A stretch of DNA of 64,000 nt from an uncultured Candidatus Saccharibacteria bacterium (GTDB lineage Bacteria; Patescibacteriota; Dojkabacteria; SC72). Every line of letters begins with the position of its first letter. The first letter of the stretch is position 1. This document shows positions 30,245 to 40,188 of the stretch, in pieces. The translations under genes were made by a program, and so were the position numbers. Location of the stretch: positions 85,550 to 149,549 of the forward strand of contig CAYOEG010000001.1 of assembly GCA_964403155.1 (NCBI GenBank), written 5' to 3'. The notes below the pieces were generated by a model. That model ran no database searches. It was not told where the DNA came from and saw only the letters and a program-made list of their open reading frames with translations.

Positions 30245-31336
30245 TTATTTATTCGCTAAAACCACCATATAATCACCATCCTGCATAACATAATCCTTAC
30301 CATGATTCTTAATCAACCCTAACTCCTTCGCTTTAACCCAACCACCAGCATATAACAAAGCATCTACATTAACCACATCTGCCGTTATGAAATTATTCTC
30401 TAAATCAGTATGTATAACCCCTGCAGCCTCTTTAGCATTAGCTCCCTTCTCAATAGTCCATGCATTACATTCCTTCTCTGAACCAGTATAGAAGGTAAGG
30501 AGATTAAGAGTATCATATGCCCCCTTAATAATATCTATAACAGACTTAGGAACATACCCTAATAACTCTGCATAGTCATTCGCATCCTCCATCTCCCCTA
30601 TTAACTTCACATCTACCATGATAACCAAATCTCCGGTTTTCTCTTCCAATTCACTCTTCCATTTACGAATCTTTTCACTTTCTAATCCCTCTTTGCAATT
30701 CAAAACAAACATTCTCCTCTTACTAGTTAATAACCATAGATCATATACCATCTCTTTCTCTGTGTCTGAAAATTGCATCTCCACAACAGGAATACCCTTG
30801 TTTAATCCATCAAGTATTTTTCCCAGAAGTACCTTCTCTTCTCCTGCAATTTTGTCTCCTACTCTTGCCATTTTTTCTACTGCCGCAATTCTTTTCTCTA
30901 CAGTTTCAATATCCTTGAATATCAATTCTGCTTGTACAATCTCAAAATCTTCAACAGGATTTACTCTCTCATATACATGTACAATTTCCTTACTTTCAAA
31001 TGCTCTAAGCATATACATAATTACATCCGTTTCTCGAATATGTGAAAGAAATTGATTACCTAAACCTTCTCCCTTAGAAGCTCCTTTTACTAATCCAGCA
31101 ATATCTACAAATGTCATAGCTGATGGAACTATCTTCTGCGCACGGAAGAACTCACTCATTCGTTTTAATCTCTCATCCGGTATTTCTACCACTCCTACAT
31201 TTTTATCTATTGTACAAAAAGGAAAATTTTCAGCTGGTACTGTTAATTTGGTTAATGCATTAAATATTGTAGATTTCCCTGAGTTAGGAAGTCCTACAAT
31301 ACCCAATGATAGTGAATGTGATCTTTTTACTGACAT
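30245..31336 (-). CDS. ychF: Ribosome-binding ATPase YchF (Obg-family GTPase) with C-terminal TGS domain
   Basis: G1 motif GIVGLPNSGKST. DIAGLVKGASKGEGLGNQFL region. TGS domain. Confidence 0.95.
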   Translation of the reverse strand: MSVKRSHSLSLGIVGLPNSGKSTIFNALTKLTVPAENFPFCTIDKNVGVVEIPDERLKRMSEFFRAQKIVPSAMTFVDIAGLVKGASKGEGLGNQFLSHIRETDVIMYMLRAFESKEIVHVYERVNPVEDFEIVQAELIFKDIETVEKRIAAVEKMARVGDKIAGEEKVLLGKILDGLNKGIPVVEMQFSDTEKEMVYDLWLLTSKRRMFVLNCKEGLESEKIRKWKSELEEKTGDLVIMVDVKLIGEMEDANDYAELLGYVPKSVIDIIKGAYDTLNLLTFYTGSEKECNAWTIEKGANAKEAAGVIHTDLENNFITADVVNVDALLYAGGWVKAKELGLIKNHGKDYVMQDGDYMVVLANK

Positions 31337-31425
31337 AATGGTGAATTATACTACATAAAAACCAATTCTGTGAGCCTCGGGGAATAATCCCATATGAGGC
31401 CCACAGATCGAGCAGCTTATTGTAA

Positions 31426-31713
31426 TTACACAGAGAATTTTTCTAACCTTTTATTAATATAATCCTCTACCCCGGGATTATCTCTCAATAAATCCCTCGT
31501 TGCCAACAACTCCTCTTTTGAAGTCGCCTTCTTCGCAAGTATGCTCTGAAGCATATTCATAAGGAGTCCTGAGGGGATTTTGCTTTCTTCTAAATAACCT
31601 TTGAATGTTTTCCAATCAGAGTCCCAATGCTCAGACTCTATTCGACGGAAATCATTACCGACCTCTTCATAATAAGAAGTCGTAGGATCAAACTTACGTT
31701 TCTTGGATTTCAA
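31426..31713 (-). CDS. Hypothetical small protein
   Basis: 95-aa ORF. Confidence 0.35.
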   Translation of the reverse strand: MKSKKRKFDPTTSYYEEVGNDFRRIESEHWDSDWKTFKGYLEESKIPSGLLMNMLQSILAKKATSKEELLATRDLLRDNPGVEDYINKRLEKFSV

Positions 31714-31820
31714 AATACACCTCCTCTTCTCTCTGTAATTTGCCCAGCATTATATTCCACCTTCCCTTCTTTTTCAATTCTGCTATCATATTAAATACAT
31801 TAAATAGCCCCAAAATATAA

Positions 31821-33680
31821 ATGAAGAAAATCCTTAACGTAATAGTACTAGCTGCAATCTTTCTTACATTAGTACCAAGTAATATATTTGCAAAATCCGC
31901 AGATTTTTCAATCTCTTCTGATACCAATATCTCCTACACTACCGCAAATGATTACGTATCTGTTACAACCAAATATACAAGAGTAGTAAACAATAGTAGC
32001 TATTACTACCCTGCTACAGGAGAAAAAGTCTTCAATATCCCTGACTTACCAGATAGTACAACAGAAGAGATAGCAGCCGAAAGAGAGTACAAGCTTAACT
32101 CACTCAAAGTAACTAACACACAAGGTGGGTCAGTTTCTTACACAGTTGAGCAAAAAGAATCTGGCGAAGGTATATATATAAAGGTAGCTAACTACAAACA
32201 AACCACTTCAAGTTCTGCCTATGTAATCAACCTTTCTTACAACACACATGATTTTGTTAAGAAGGTTGTAAACCATGTCACACTCCAAGCTCCTGCATTA
32301 CCATCAGATGTAACATTTGAGGAAACAGATACTTCAACTGGAACAGTAACAGAGTACAAATATGGATTAGGTTTAACAGTTGATAATGCGATATCAGAGT
32401 TAGCAAAAGCATTTCCTTCAAAATATACAACTAATACAAGTGGAGATAAAACTACATATACATTTGCACAAACAGATAGAGTTGGTAATTCCCCATACTT
32501 AGAGTTTGGTACAAGTACAACCTACAAATTTTCGCTTACCTACACTACTCCAAAGACGGATACATTCCTTTCAGAAAAATATACAGAATATTTCAAAGCT
32601 CTCTCAACAAATATTTTTGAAATATCCTTGCCAAGAGAATTTGATGAAACTAAGCAGAAGGTATATTTCTCAAATGTCTCACCTACTCCAACTGATATAT
32701 ATCAAGACACAGAGGGAAATATCATTGCATCGTTTGAGGTACCTGCTAATACCATCGGAGAGATAGTCATAGAGGGATATATAACAGTTAACCAAGATCC
32801 CTACTCCACAGATTCCACTGATATGAATTGGAAAGATTATCAGAATGCCATATCACAAACTTCTTACCTCTCCTCATACCTTAAACCTACTACATATTGG
32901 CAATCTACAGACTCATTCATTAAAGACGAGGCTAATAAATTAATGGATGGTAAAACAACAGTTATGGAAATTATAATGGCAGATTATGCACATATTGGAG
33001 AAAAGCTTACATATGATTACAACAAAGCGAATTCTGAGAATGAAAGGATTGGTGCAAAAGCTGCACTCGAAGGTGGGGCTTCTGTGTGTATGGAGTATGC
33101 AGATGCTATGATTGCATTACTTAGAGCTCAGGGAATCCCTGCAAGAGCAGCATTGGGTTATGCAAATATTACAGAGACAGAGGAATCCCCAGTGAGACAT
33201 CAATGGGTACAAGCTTGGATTCCAGATTATGGCTGGTTATCTATTGATCCTACATTGGAGAGTAATAATATGAGGATTGGGAAGACGATAGATAGGGTTT
33301 TGTGGGAGGTATTCGATGGTGATACATTATCAAATATCAAGGTATTCTCAGCAGATAATATAGATGTGCTTACTACAGAAGGATACAATTTGAGTATATT
33401 GGGCGTAGATGCTAGTGGTATAGATTTTGATTCTTTAGATACCTATATATCATTAATACCTGAGAAGGGATATGAGTCTAATGATGATCTTCCAAGTGGT
33501 TCTTCTTACAGTATTGGGCAATGGTTTAATACTTTCTTAAAGACTACTACCATAGGGAAAGCATTATTAATTACAGGGCCGGTATTAGTACTTGTGTTAC
33601 TTATATCAGTAACCATTATTACAGTAAAGAATGTTTCTAGAAGAATTAAGATGAAGAAACAGGCTGTAACAAATCTTTAA
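31821..33680 (+). CDS. Secreted, C-terminally membrane-anchored protein with a transglutaminase-like cysteine-protease core domain
   Basis: Signal peptide. Catalytic Cys context GGASVCMEYADAM. His context HQWVQAWIPDYGWLSIDPT. C-terminal TM helix and basic tail. Confidence 0.7.
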   Translation: MKKILNVIVLAAIFLTLVPSNIFAKSADFSISSDTNISYTTANDYVSVTTKYTRVVNNSSYYYPATGEKVFNIPDLPDSTTEEIAAEREYKLNSLKVTNTQGGSVSYTVEQKESGEGIYIKVANYKQTTSSSAYVINLSYNTHDFVKKVVNHVTLQAPALPSDVTFEETDTSTGTVTEYKYGLGLTVDNAISELAKAFPSKYTTNTSGDKTTYTFAQTDRVGNSPYLEFGTSTTYKFSLTYTTPKTDTFLSEKYTEYFKALSTNIFEISLPREFDETKQKVYFSNVSPTPTDIYQDTEGNIIASFEVPANTIGEIVIEGYITVNQDPYSTDSTDMNWKDYQNAISQTSYLSSYLKPTTYWQSTDSFIKDEANKLMDGKTTVMEIIMADYAHIGEKLTYDYNKANSENERIGAKAALEGGASVCMEYADAMIALLRAQGIPARAALGYANITETEESPVRHQWVQAWIPDYGWLSIDPTLESNNMRIGKTIDRVLWEVFDGDTLSNIKVFSADNIDVLTTEGYNLSILGVDASGIDFDSLDTYISLIPEKGYESNDDLPSGSSYSIGQWFNTFLKTTTIGKALLITGPVLVLVLLISVTIITVKNVSRRIKMKKQAVTNL

Positions 33681-33737
33681 ATATATCTTTAACTACTCCA
33701 TTATATAATTTTCTAAGAAGAATATCAATACTATGGG

Positions 33738-35249
33738 CTATGCTAACTCATACATCTTACTTAAATTCACCGCCCGCTTACCATTCTCTAACCTATCTTC
33801 TGACGTTGCATACATTGTAAAGAGAACATCCCCCTTCTCCACCTTCTCACCCGGCATCTTGTGAATATACATACCCGCCTCCTTAATACGAGGAGTACCA
33901 AGAGATCTTGCAACACTAACCACCTCAAGACTACTAATCATCTTTACAGTACCACTCTTCTCTGCCTTAACATCAAAACTAATATTTCCAGGCTTAATCT
34001 CTGAAGATTTCGTTATTCGCTTCGCACCCTGAGCAAAACCAATCTCCCAGAATTTCTCATATGCCTTCTTCGAATCAAGTAACTCCTGAGCCAGAACCTT
34101 TCCCTCACCCTCCTTTGATATATGTGTCGCTTCAAACAAAATACCAGCCATATCAATAACTGCCCTTTCCATATCTAAAGATGCTGCACAGTCTCTTTCC
34201 AAGATCCTTAGTGCCTCTCTTATCTCCAAGTTAGGGCCTACACCCCTACCATCAGGACCATTAACCTTACGAGTTGTTGTCTCACACTCAATGCCAAACT
34301 TCTTAAACAGTTTCTTAAATTCCTTAGCCAATACAAACACATCCTCGGTCTTCTCAATCTTGCTCCCCTTACCATATGGAAGATCTATGAGAATGTTCTC
34401 AATACCAAGTGCAACCTTCTTAGCAACAATACTCACTAATATCTTTTGATATTCTTGAATACGCAAGGATCTCTCAACATTAATAATTACATCATCTGCA
34501 GGAGAAATACTCAAAGAACCACCCCAGAATAGACATCCTCCTGTATCTCTCACCACATCCATTATCTGATCTTCGGTTAGAGACACAGGCATTACAACCT
34601 CCAAAATGTCAGATGTCCCCGAAGGTGCAGTTATAGCTCTAGATGATGTATTAGGGACTATTAAGCCACCCGCTACAAGGATTGGTACAAGCACAGGAGT
34701 AATGCCCTTCCCTGCGACACCACCAATTGAGTGCTTGTCAGCTATAATCCCTTTATCACCTTTAAATTTTTTAAACGAAAGGATATCTCCAGAATTAGCC
34801 ATACCCTCTGTCATCCAATATATCTCATCATCATTAAACCCAGGATTGAAGAAAGTTGAGATGAAGAAAGCAATCTCTGTTTCTCTCAATCTTCTAGTTG
34901 CAATATCATTCATAATTAATTCCAAATCTTCTTTTGAGAGATCATGCCCTAATAATTTTTTGCTGATAGCGACCAATGCCTTGCTTCTCTCTGGGATATC
35001 AACAAACACACTTGCATTATCTTTCACCTTGTACGTTTTCCATATCTCCTCAAACAGCCCTATTTCACCAGGTACCACCTTGTCCTGAGTTTCCATTACA
35101 TTTGCATACAATTCGACATCTCCAATACCAACATACAAAAGTTCGCCCTCTTTTACACCAATTCTCTCAGCATCTTTCCTATGCAACACAATGTTAAAAC
35201 TATTATCCTCACCCAAATCAATATTTTTGCTTCTTAAATACAAAGACAT
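33738..35249 (-). CDS. AMP phosphorylase / thymidine-phosphorylase-family enzyme (archaeal/CPR type with N-terminal extension)
   Basis: Glycosyl-transferase family 3 (pyrimidine nucleoside phosphorylase) layout with the extra N-terminal domain typical of AMPpase. Adjacent to an R15P-isomerase homologue. Confidence 0.75.
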   Translation of the reverse strand: MSLYLRSKNIDLGEDNSFNIVLHRKDAERIGVKEGELLYVGIGDVELYANVMETQDKVVPGEIGLFEEIWKTYKVKDNASVFVDIPERSKALVAISKKLLGHDLSKEDLELIMNDIATRRLRETEIAFFISTFFNPGFNDDEIYWMTEGMANSGDILSFKKFKGDKGIIADKHSIGGVAGKGITPVLVPILVAGGLIVPNTSSRAITAPSGTSDILEVVMPVSLTEDQIMDVVRDTGGCLFWGGSLSISPADDVIINVERSLRIQEYQKILVSIVAKKVALGIENILIDLPYGKGSKIEKTEDVFVLAKEFKKLFKKFGIECETTTRKVNGPDGRGVGPNLEIREALRILERDCAASLDMERAVIDMAGILFEATHISKEGEGKVLAQELLDSKKAYEKFWEIGFAQGAKRITKSSEIKPGNISFDVKAEKSGTVKMISSLEVVSVARSLGTPRIKEAGMYIHKMPGEKVEKGDVLFTMYATSEDRLENGKRAVNLSKMYELA

Positions 35250-35267
35250 AGTGAATCAATACCAAAT

Positions 35268-36215
35268 TTAATTATCAAAAAGCCATGGATATTTCTCCTT
35301 GGCTAAATTATCTATTTCGGACGGTTTAGTAATACCAAATTCGGTCACGAAAGCAGTTATCAACGAGTTATCCACAATTTCAAATGCCGGGTTATATATC
35401 TCTAAATCTTTTGGTGCATCCGGCCATATCTCAGCATCCTCACGAACCTCAATCTCGACCTCTCTGTTAAAGGTTGTCTCATCTATTTTCAGCAAAGGGG
35501 TGATTATATACAAAGGCTTGTCCGCATAATGTGCAGCAATCCCTATACCCCAACTCCCAATCTTGTTTATGGCATGTCCACCTTTCACTATCTGATCACA
35601 CCCTATGAATACAACATCTACTGGCACATTCCCTCTATTAATTATGAATGATTCCGCAGCACTATCTGCGATCATAGTAGTCTTAATACCTGCATCTACT
35701 AAATTTTTTGCTGTTATCCTTCCCTGCATTCTTGGCCTAGTTTCTGTACACACCACTTCAAACTCCTTGTCCCCCTGAGACAATTCTTTGATCAGATTTA
35801 CAGCCGCTGAAGAATGACAATGAGTGAATATTTTGTCATAGTTTTTTAGATATTCTTTAGATTTCTCAACTAAATTTTTCTTGGATTCGGAAAGAATTTG
35901 CATATATTCCTCACAAAGCTCTTCAAACTTTGGTTTCATAGTGGACAATGGTGGTAAAACAGAGAATTCTTTTTTAAAAAAATATTTAACATATTTTACC
36001 CCGTTTCTAGCTAGTGGCTCATTTGTTCTAGCTTCTGAAAGCATCTTCCCTACCTCAAAGAACTCATCAAACGTCTTTTGTGAGTCTGTTTCTTTGGACA
36101 AGGAGATGTATGATTTCATACCTTCAAACACCGAAATCGCAATATTCGTAGCCCCCTGTATGTTCAACTTTTGTATATCTTCATATATTTTTTGTACCTG
36201 AGGATATTGTTCCAT
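35268..36215 (-). CDS. eIF-2B alpha/beta/delta-like family isomerase, probable ribose-1,5-bisphosphate isomerase
   Basis: TETRPRMQGR...VVFIGCDQIV..GG..NKIGSWGIGIAAH matches the e2b2/MtnA family. Confidence 0.7.
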   Translation of the reverse strand: MEQYPQVQKIYEDIQKLNIQGATNIAISVFEGMKSYISLSKETDSQKTFDEFFEVGKMLSEARTNEPLARNGVKYVKYFFKKEFSVLPPLSTMKPKFEELCEEYMQILSESKKNLVEKSKEYLKNYDKIFTHCHSSAAVNLIKELSQGDKEFEVVCTETRPRMQGRITAKNLVDAGIKTTMIADSAAESFIINRGNVPVDVVFIGCDQIVKGGHAINKIGSWGIGIAAHYADKPLYIITPLLKIDETTFNREVEIEVREDAEIWPDAPKDLEIYNPAFEIVDNSLITAFVTEFGITKPSEIDNLAKEKYPWLFDN

Positions 36216-37642
36216 TACTTTAGCTCCACCTCTTCATTTAAGTTAGGCACCAGCGTATCTATCTGTAAATCATGGTAAACCTTCTCTCCAAAGCCCGTAA
36301 CAATACTCTCTTCACCATGCGTTAGGAAGATTCTTTTTGGTGTATGACCAAAAGAACCGAGCCAGTACATAAGGTCACGCTCATCAGCATGTGCAGAGAA
36401 CCCTCCTAAAGTATGTACATGTGCATTATTCTCATATTCTCTTCCCATTATCCTTACAATCTTCTCTCCATCCACTAACCTTCTTCCTAATGTACCCTCT
36501 ACTTGATATCCAACAAACACTATATGTGTCTTACTATTCTCAATGTTGTTTTTCAAATGATGCACTATCCTTCCTCCTGTACACATTCCGCTTCCTGCCA
36601 TTATGACTATACCTCTTTTAGCTATTAGTCGTTTCGATTCTTCAGAATCCTCTACAATATGCATACCAGGAAATGAGAATGGATCATCACCTTTCTTGAG
36701 AAGACGTTTGGCATCTTCATCATAGAAATCTGGGTACTGTTTAAACACTTCTGTAGATTTTGAAGCCATTGGGCTATCAACATACATCGGGATCCCTGAG
36801 AGTAATCTACTCTCAACAAAGAGATTGATTTCATACAGAATTTCTTGTGCTCTCTCTATGGCAAATGCTGGAATTAAGACGTTTCCCTCTTCTTTTTGGG
36901 CTTGCTGAAGTATAGCTAACAGTTCTAATATTGTCTCATTTCTGTCTCTGTGTAACCTATTACCATATGTAGATTCACATACTACATAGTCCGCTTCTCT
37001 AATCATATCTGGATCTTTAACTATACGTGCTCCTGGTTGTCCAAGATCTCCAGAGAATACCAATTTTCGAGTTCTTCCGGCTTCAGTCTTAATCCAGAAC
37101 TCCATAATGGAAGAACCTAAAATATGTCCTGCATCTCTTAATCTAAACTCAAAATTCTGATTGATATTTATAGATGTACTGTATGGATATACATCCACCA
37201 ATGGCATCATAGCCTCTACATCTGCAACAGAAAACAGAGGTTTTTTGTTTGCATACACAGCACCTTCTTCTGCGTATCTTTCTGATTGACCCTCCTCCTT
37301 TGCCCTAGTAATCCATCTTTCATATTCTTCTTCCTGCAAATTTGCAGCGTCTAGAAGTACAATTTTTGCTAACTCTCTTGTAGGTTCTGTACATACTATT
37401 CTTCCATGGAACCCTTGCTTTACTAATATTGGTATTCTTCCACAATGATCGAAATGTGCATGGGTTAGAAATACATAATCTAGTTCTGCAGGATTAAAAG
37501 GAAATGGCTCGTAGTTAAGCGCTTCTTGATCATCAGAGCCTTGATATATTCCACAATCTACCAAGAATTTTATTTCCCCTGTATCAACATAATAGCAAGA
37601 TCCAGTAACAGTTTTTGCAGCTCCACAGAATTTCAACTTCAT
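36215..37642 (-). CDS. MBL-fold beta-CASP ribonuclease (RNase J/CPSF-like)
   Basis: HxHxDH motif LTHAHFDHCGRIP and the beta-CASP C-terminal layout. Confidence 0.7.
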   Translation of the reverse strand: MKLKFCGAAKTVTGSCYYVDTGEIKFLVDCGIYQGSDDQEALNYEPFPFNPAELDYVFLTHAHFDHCGRIPILVKQGFHGRIVCTEPTRELAKIVLLDAANLQEEEYERWITRAKEEGQSERYAEEGAVYANKKPLFSVADVEAMMPLVDVYPYSTSININQNFEFRLRDAGHILGSSIMEFWIKTEAGRTRKLVFSGDLGQPGARIVKDPDMIREADYVVCESTYGNRLHRDRNETILELLAILQQAQKEEGNVLIPAFAIERAQEILYEINLFVESRLLSGIPMYVDSPMASKSTEVFKQYPDFYDEDAKRLLKKGDDPFSFPGMHIVEDSEESKRLIAKRGIVIMAGSGMCTGGRIVHHLKNNIENSKTHIVFVGYQVEGTLGRRLVDGEKIVRIMGREYENNAHVHTLGGFSAHADERDLMYWLGSFGHTPKRIFLTHGEESIVTGFGEKVYHDLQIDTLVPNLNEEVELK

Positions 37643-37690
37643 TAGGCAGTATGGTTAATTAAGCTATGTATATGATAAACGAAAAAGAGG

Positions 37691-38731
37691 CTAATTGCCA
37701 ACAATGGGTGAATAGTTTTTGTTCATCCTTATTACAAAGGTGTTAGATCCTGGGTCTACAACTTCTGAGAGATTAGATTCATCTACCAAAGTTATTGTTA
37801 TCTGCCCATCATTATTTCTATTTGATTCTGCAACTAGAAGCATATCCTCTCCTCCAACTCTTGTCTCTCCTATTATTACCGCGACATGACCTATATGTGT
37901 TTCCCAGGCCTTACTACTTGGGGTTTCCAAGTGTATTATTCTCCCCCTATTTCCTAGAATGATGACATCTCCTGTCACAAAATCTTCTATCTCAAAATCT
38001 GTTGTTCGAAGTGTTACTCCTCCATATCCATTTGCCACAATATCCCTATATTTTTTATCAATCATCTCAAAGGGAACAAATTCGATTGCTCTAACAGCTT
38101 TTCTCTCCCCAAGATCAAAGGCTGAAGCTCCTCCTATATTTTGAACCTGAAGATCAGAGTCTTTTAAACTTCCCAGAAGGATAGCGAAAACTACACATTG
38201 TAATGGTTGCCCTTCAACTTTTGTTATATTCATAGTATCAATAGCTCCTTCAAATACTGAGTTTTTCTCAATGGAAGCATACCATTCAGTTTGGCGGAGA
38301 TAGTTTCCAAGTTCTCCGTCAAAATCCTCTGGAAGGTTATCTATTATTTTCTTTAATTCAAAGATCTCATTAAAGTATTTATATGTATTTATCTCATATG
38401 AGAAATAGTCTTCATAATTTCTGGCTAAAATTCCTGCTTCGTGTTTGAACCCACCTGATATACTTGAATCTTGTAATTCAAGTACCTTGTTGTTTTTACC
38501 CCAACTAGAAATATCCGAATTAGGAAGAGGTTCAGTTATCGGTTTAGGGTCTGCAGATATAGAGGCTTGCCCCTCGTCTTTATTCTTCCCAGCACCTAAT
38601 ATCTGAGAAGCAAGCATTGTTCCTGCAAGAACAATTGGCAAAGTAGTAGCCAATGGAGATTTCTTTTCACTACCTTCTCTTGAAGCCTGGGCTGCTGTTT
38701 CTGGTTTGATCTCTAGTTTATCTGGATTCAT
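37691..38731 (-). CDS. Secreted hypothetical protein with possible CHAP/NlpC-P60-like Cys-His hydrolase domain
   Basis: N-terminal hydrophobic anchor. Cys context PLQCVVFA and His context HIGHVAVIIG. Weak. Confidence 0.35.
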   Translation of the reverse strand: MNPDKLEIKPETAAQASREGSEKKSPLATTLPIVLAGTMLASQILGAGKNKDEGQASISADPKPITEPLPNSDISSWGKNNKVLELQDSSISGGFKHEAGILARNYEDYFSYEINTYKYFNEIFELKKIIDNLPEDFDGELGNYLRQTEWYASIEKNSVFEGAIDTMNITKVEGQPLQCVVFAILLGSLKDSDLQVQNIGGASAFDLGERKAVRAIEFVPFEMIDKKYRDIVANGYGGVTLRTTDFEIEDFVTGDVIILGNRGRIIHLETPSSKAWETHIGHVAVIIGETRVGGEDMLLVAESNRNNDGQITITLVDESNLSEVVDPGSNTFVIRMNKNYSPIVGN

Positions 38732-40188
38732 TCTGTTTTTCTATATATTAAACGCGCTTTCTCCAACAACTTTTCTTTAGTATTAAGCATTGGATCTTCC
38801 ACTACCGTATCTAAAAGTTCTCTTAAAATCTTTCCTAGCTCAGGTCCTTTCTCAATTCCTAAAGATGCAAGATCCTCTCCATTTACTTTCAAATCCGTTA
38901 TCTTCAATGCCATATCCTGATGTATGACCTCTGAGATTCTTTTTTGAAGTAAAGTTATCTCTTCCGGCTTAAAAGCTGTCTTTGGATTAGCTTGAGCATC
39001 GGCCAACCTCAACCTAAACAGATCATCTACATTCTCCATCCCTACCCTTTGTAAAAATCTCCTAACTGCAGAGTCTGACCATTCATGTATTTTAATATTC
39101 TCCACCTCCTCATCTGTCATGTCCTCTTCTACATGTGGATAGTAGAACATATGATTTTTAATTAGTAAAACAGTTCTCTTAATCTCTGCCTGTGGGAATT
39201 TCATTCGCTTTAGAATTGCTTCCGTCATCTCAGCACCCATTGCATCATGACCATAGAAATGACCATTACCCATATCAGTACGTGGCTTAGCAATATCATG
39301 AAGTAGCGCTGCCAACTTCACACTATCATGGGCCACATCACAGCTTCGGAGACTATGCCAATATACATCGTCACTATGATATAGCTTCTGCTCTATTCCC
39401 ATCCCCTCAAGAAGCTCAGGCATGAATAGTTTGAGTAGTCCAGTCTGTCTCATAAGGTCAATACCAATGGATGGCTTTGGAGAACGAAGAAGAGTTTTCA
39501 TAAACTCATCACGGATACGCTCCATTGAGACTTGCGCAGCAACAGGTACTGATTCTGCAATCGCTTTTAATGTTTCCTCTTCTATACTAAATCCAAGCTG
39601 AGAAGCCATTCTACACGCCTTAAACGCTCTTAGACCATCTTCCTTGAATCTTTCAATCGGGGTACCAACAGCTCTTACGACCTTCTTTTCAATATCTGCC
39701 AAACCTCCAAATGGATCATGTATCTCCACTTCTAACTCAGATTCTGTACCATCCGGTTGAAGAGTACCAATATCGATAGACATTGCATTCCACGTAAAAT
39801 CTCTTCTCCCCAGATCCTTGTCTATCTCTGTTACAAATTCAACATTGGTTGGCCATCTTCCATCAACATAGTCCGACTCGCTCCTAAAAGTCGTAACCTC
39901 TACCTCATGTGTTTCCCCTAACCCATCCTGCACGAGTGCCATGACGGTACCAAACTTAGCGCCCACAGAAACAGACCTTGGAAAGATATTTAGCATCTCA
40001 TCGGGTAATGCATCAGTAGCTAAGTCATAGTCATTTGGAGTTTTTCCCATTGCAATATCCCTAACAGCACCTCCCACAAGATGGCATTCAAAGCCCTCTT
40101 TGTTTAGCATTCTTGCTACTTTTTGTACATAATCTGGAATTTGTATTTTTACTTTCATATATATACCAAGAATACCAAAGTACAACAT
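38728..40188 (-). CDS. cca: CCA-adding tRNA nucleotidyltransferase with HD domain (start more likely at the internal ATG near 40155)
   Basis: GGAVRDIAMGKTPNDYDLATDALP pol-beta NTase motif. HD motif LAALLHDIAKP. Confidence 0.85.
   Translation of the reverse strand: MLYFGILGIYMKVKIQIPDYVQKVARMLNKEGFECHLVGGAVRDIAMGKTPNDYDLATDALPDEMLNIFPRSVSVGAKFGTVMALVQDGLGETHEVEVTTFRSESDYVDGRWPTNVEFVTEIDKDLGRRDFTWNAMSIDIGTLQPDGTESELEVEIHDPFGGLADIEKKVVRAVGTPIERFKEDGLRAFKACRMASQLGFSIEEETLKAIAESVPVAAQVSMERIRDEFMKTLLRSPKPSIGIDLMRQTGLLKLFMPELLEGMGIEQKLYHSDDVYWHSLRSCDVAHDSVKLAALLHDIAKPRTDMGNGHFYGHDAMGAEMTEAILKRMKFPQAEIKRTVLLIKNHMFYYPHVEEDMTDEEVENIKIHEWSDSAVRRFLQRVGMENVDDLFRLRLADAQANPKTAFKPEEITLLQKRISEVIHQDMALKITDLKVNGEDLASLGIEKGPELGKILRELLDTVVEDPMLNTKEKLLEKARLIYRKTE

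Noticed and set aside
31694-31927. 77-aa minus-strand ORF overlapping the start of the transglutaminase-like gene
   Set aside because: It overlaps the signal-peptide region of a far better supported plus-strand gene and its upstream promoter. It is likely spurious.
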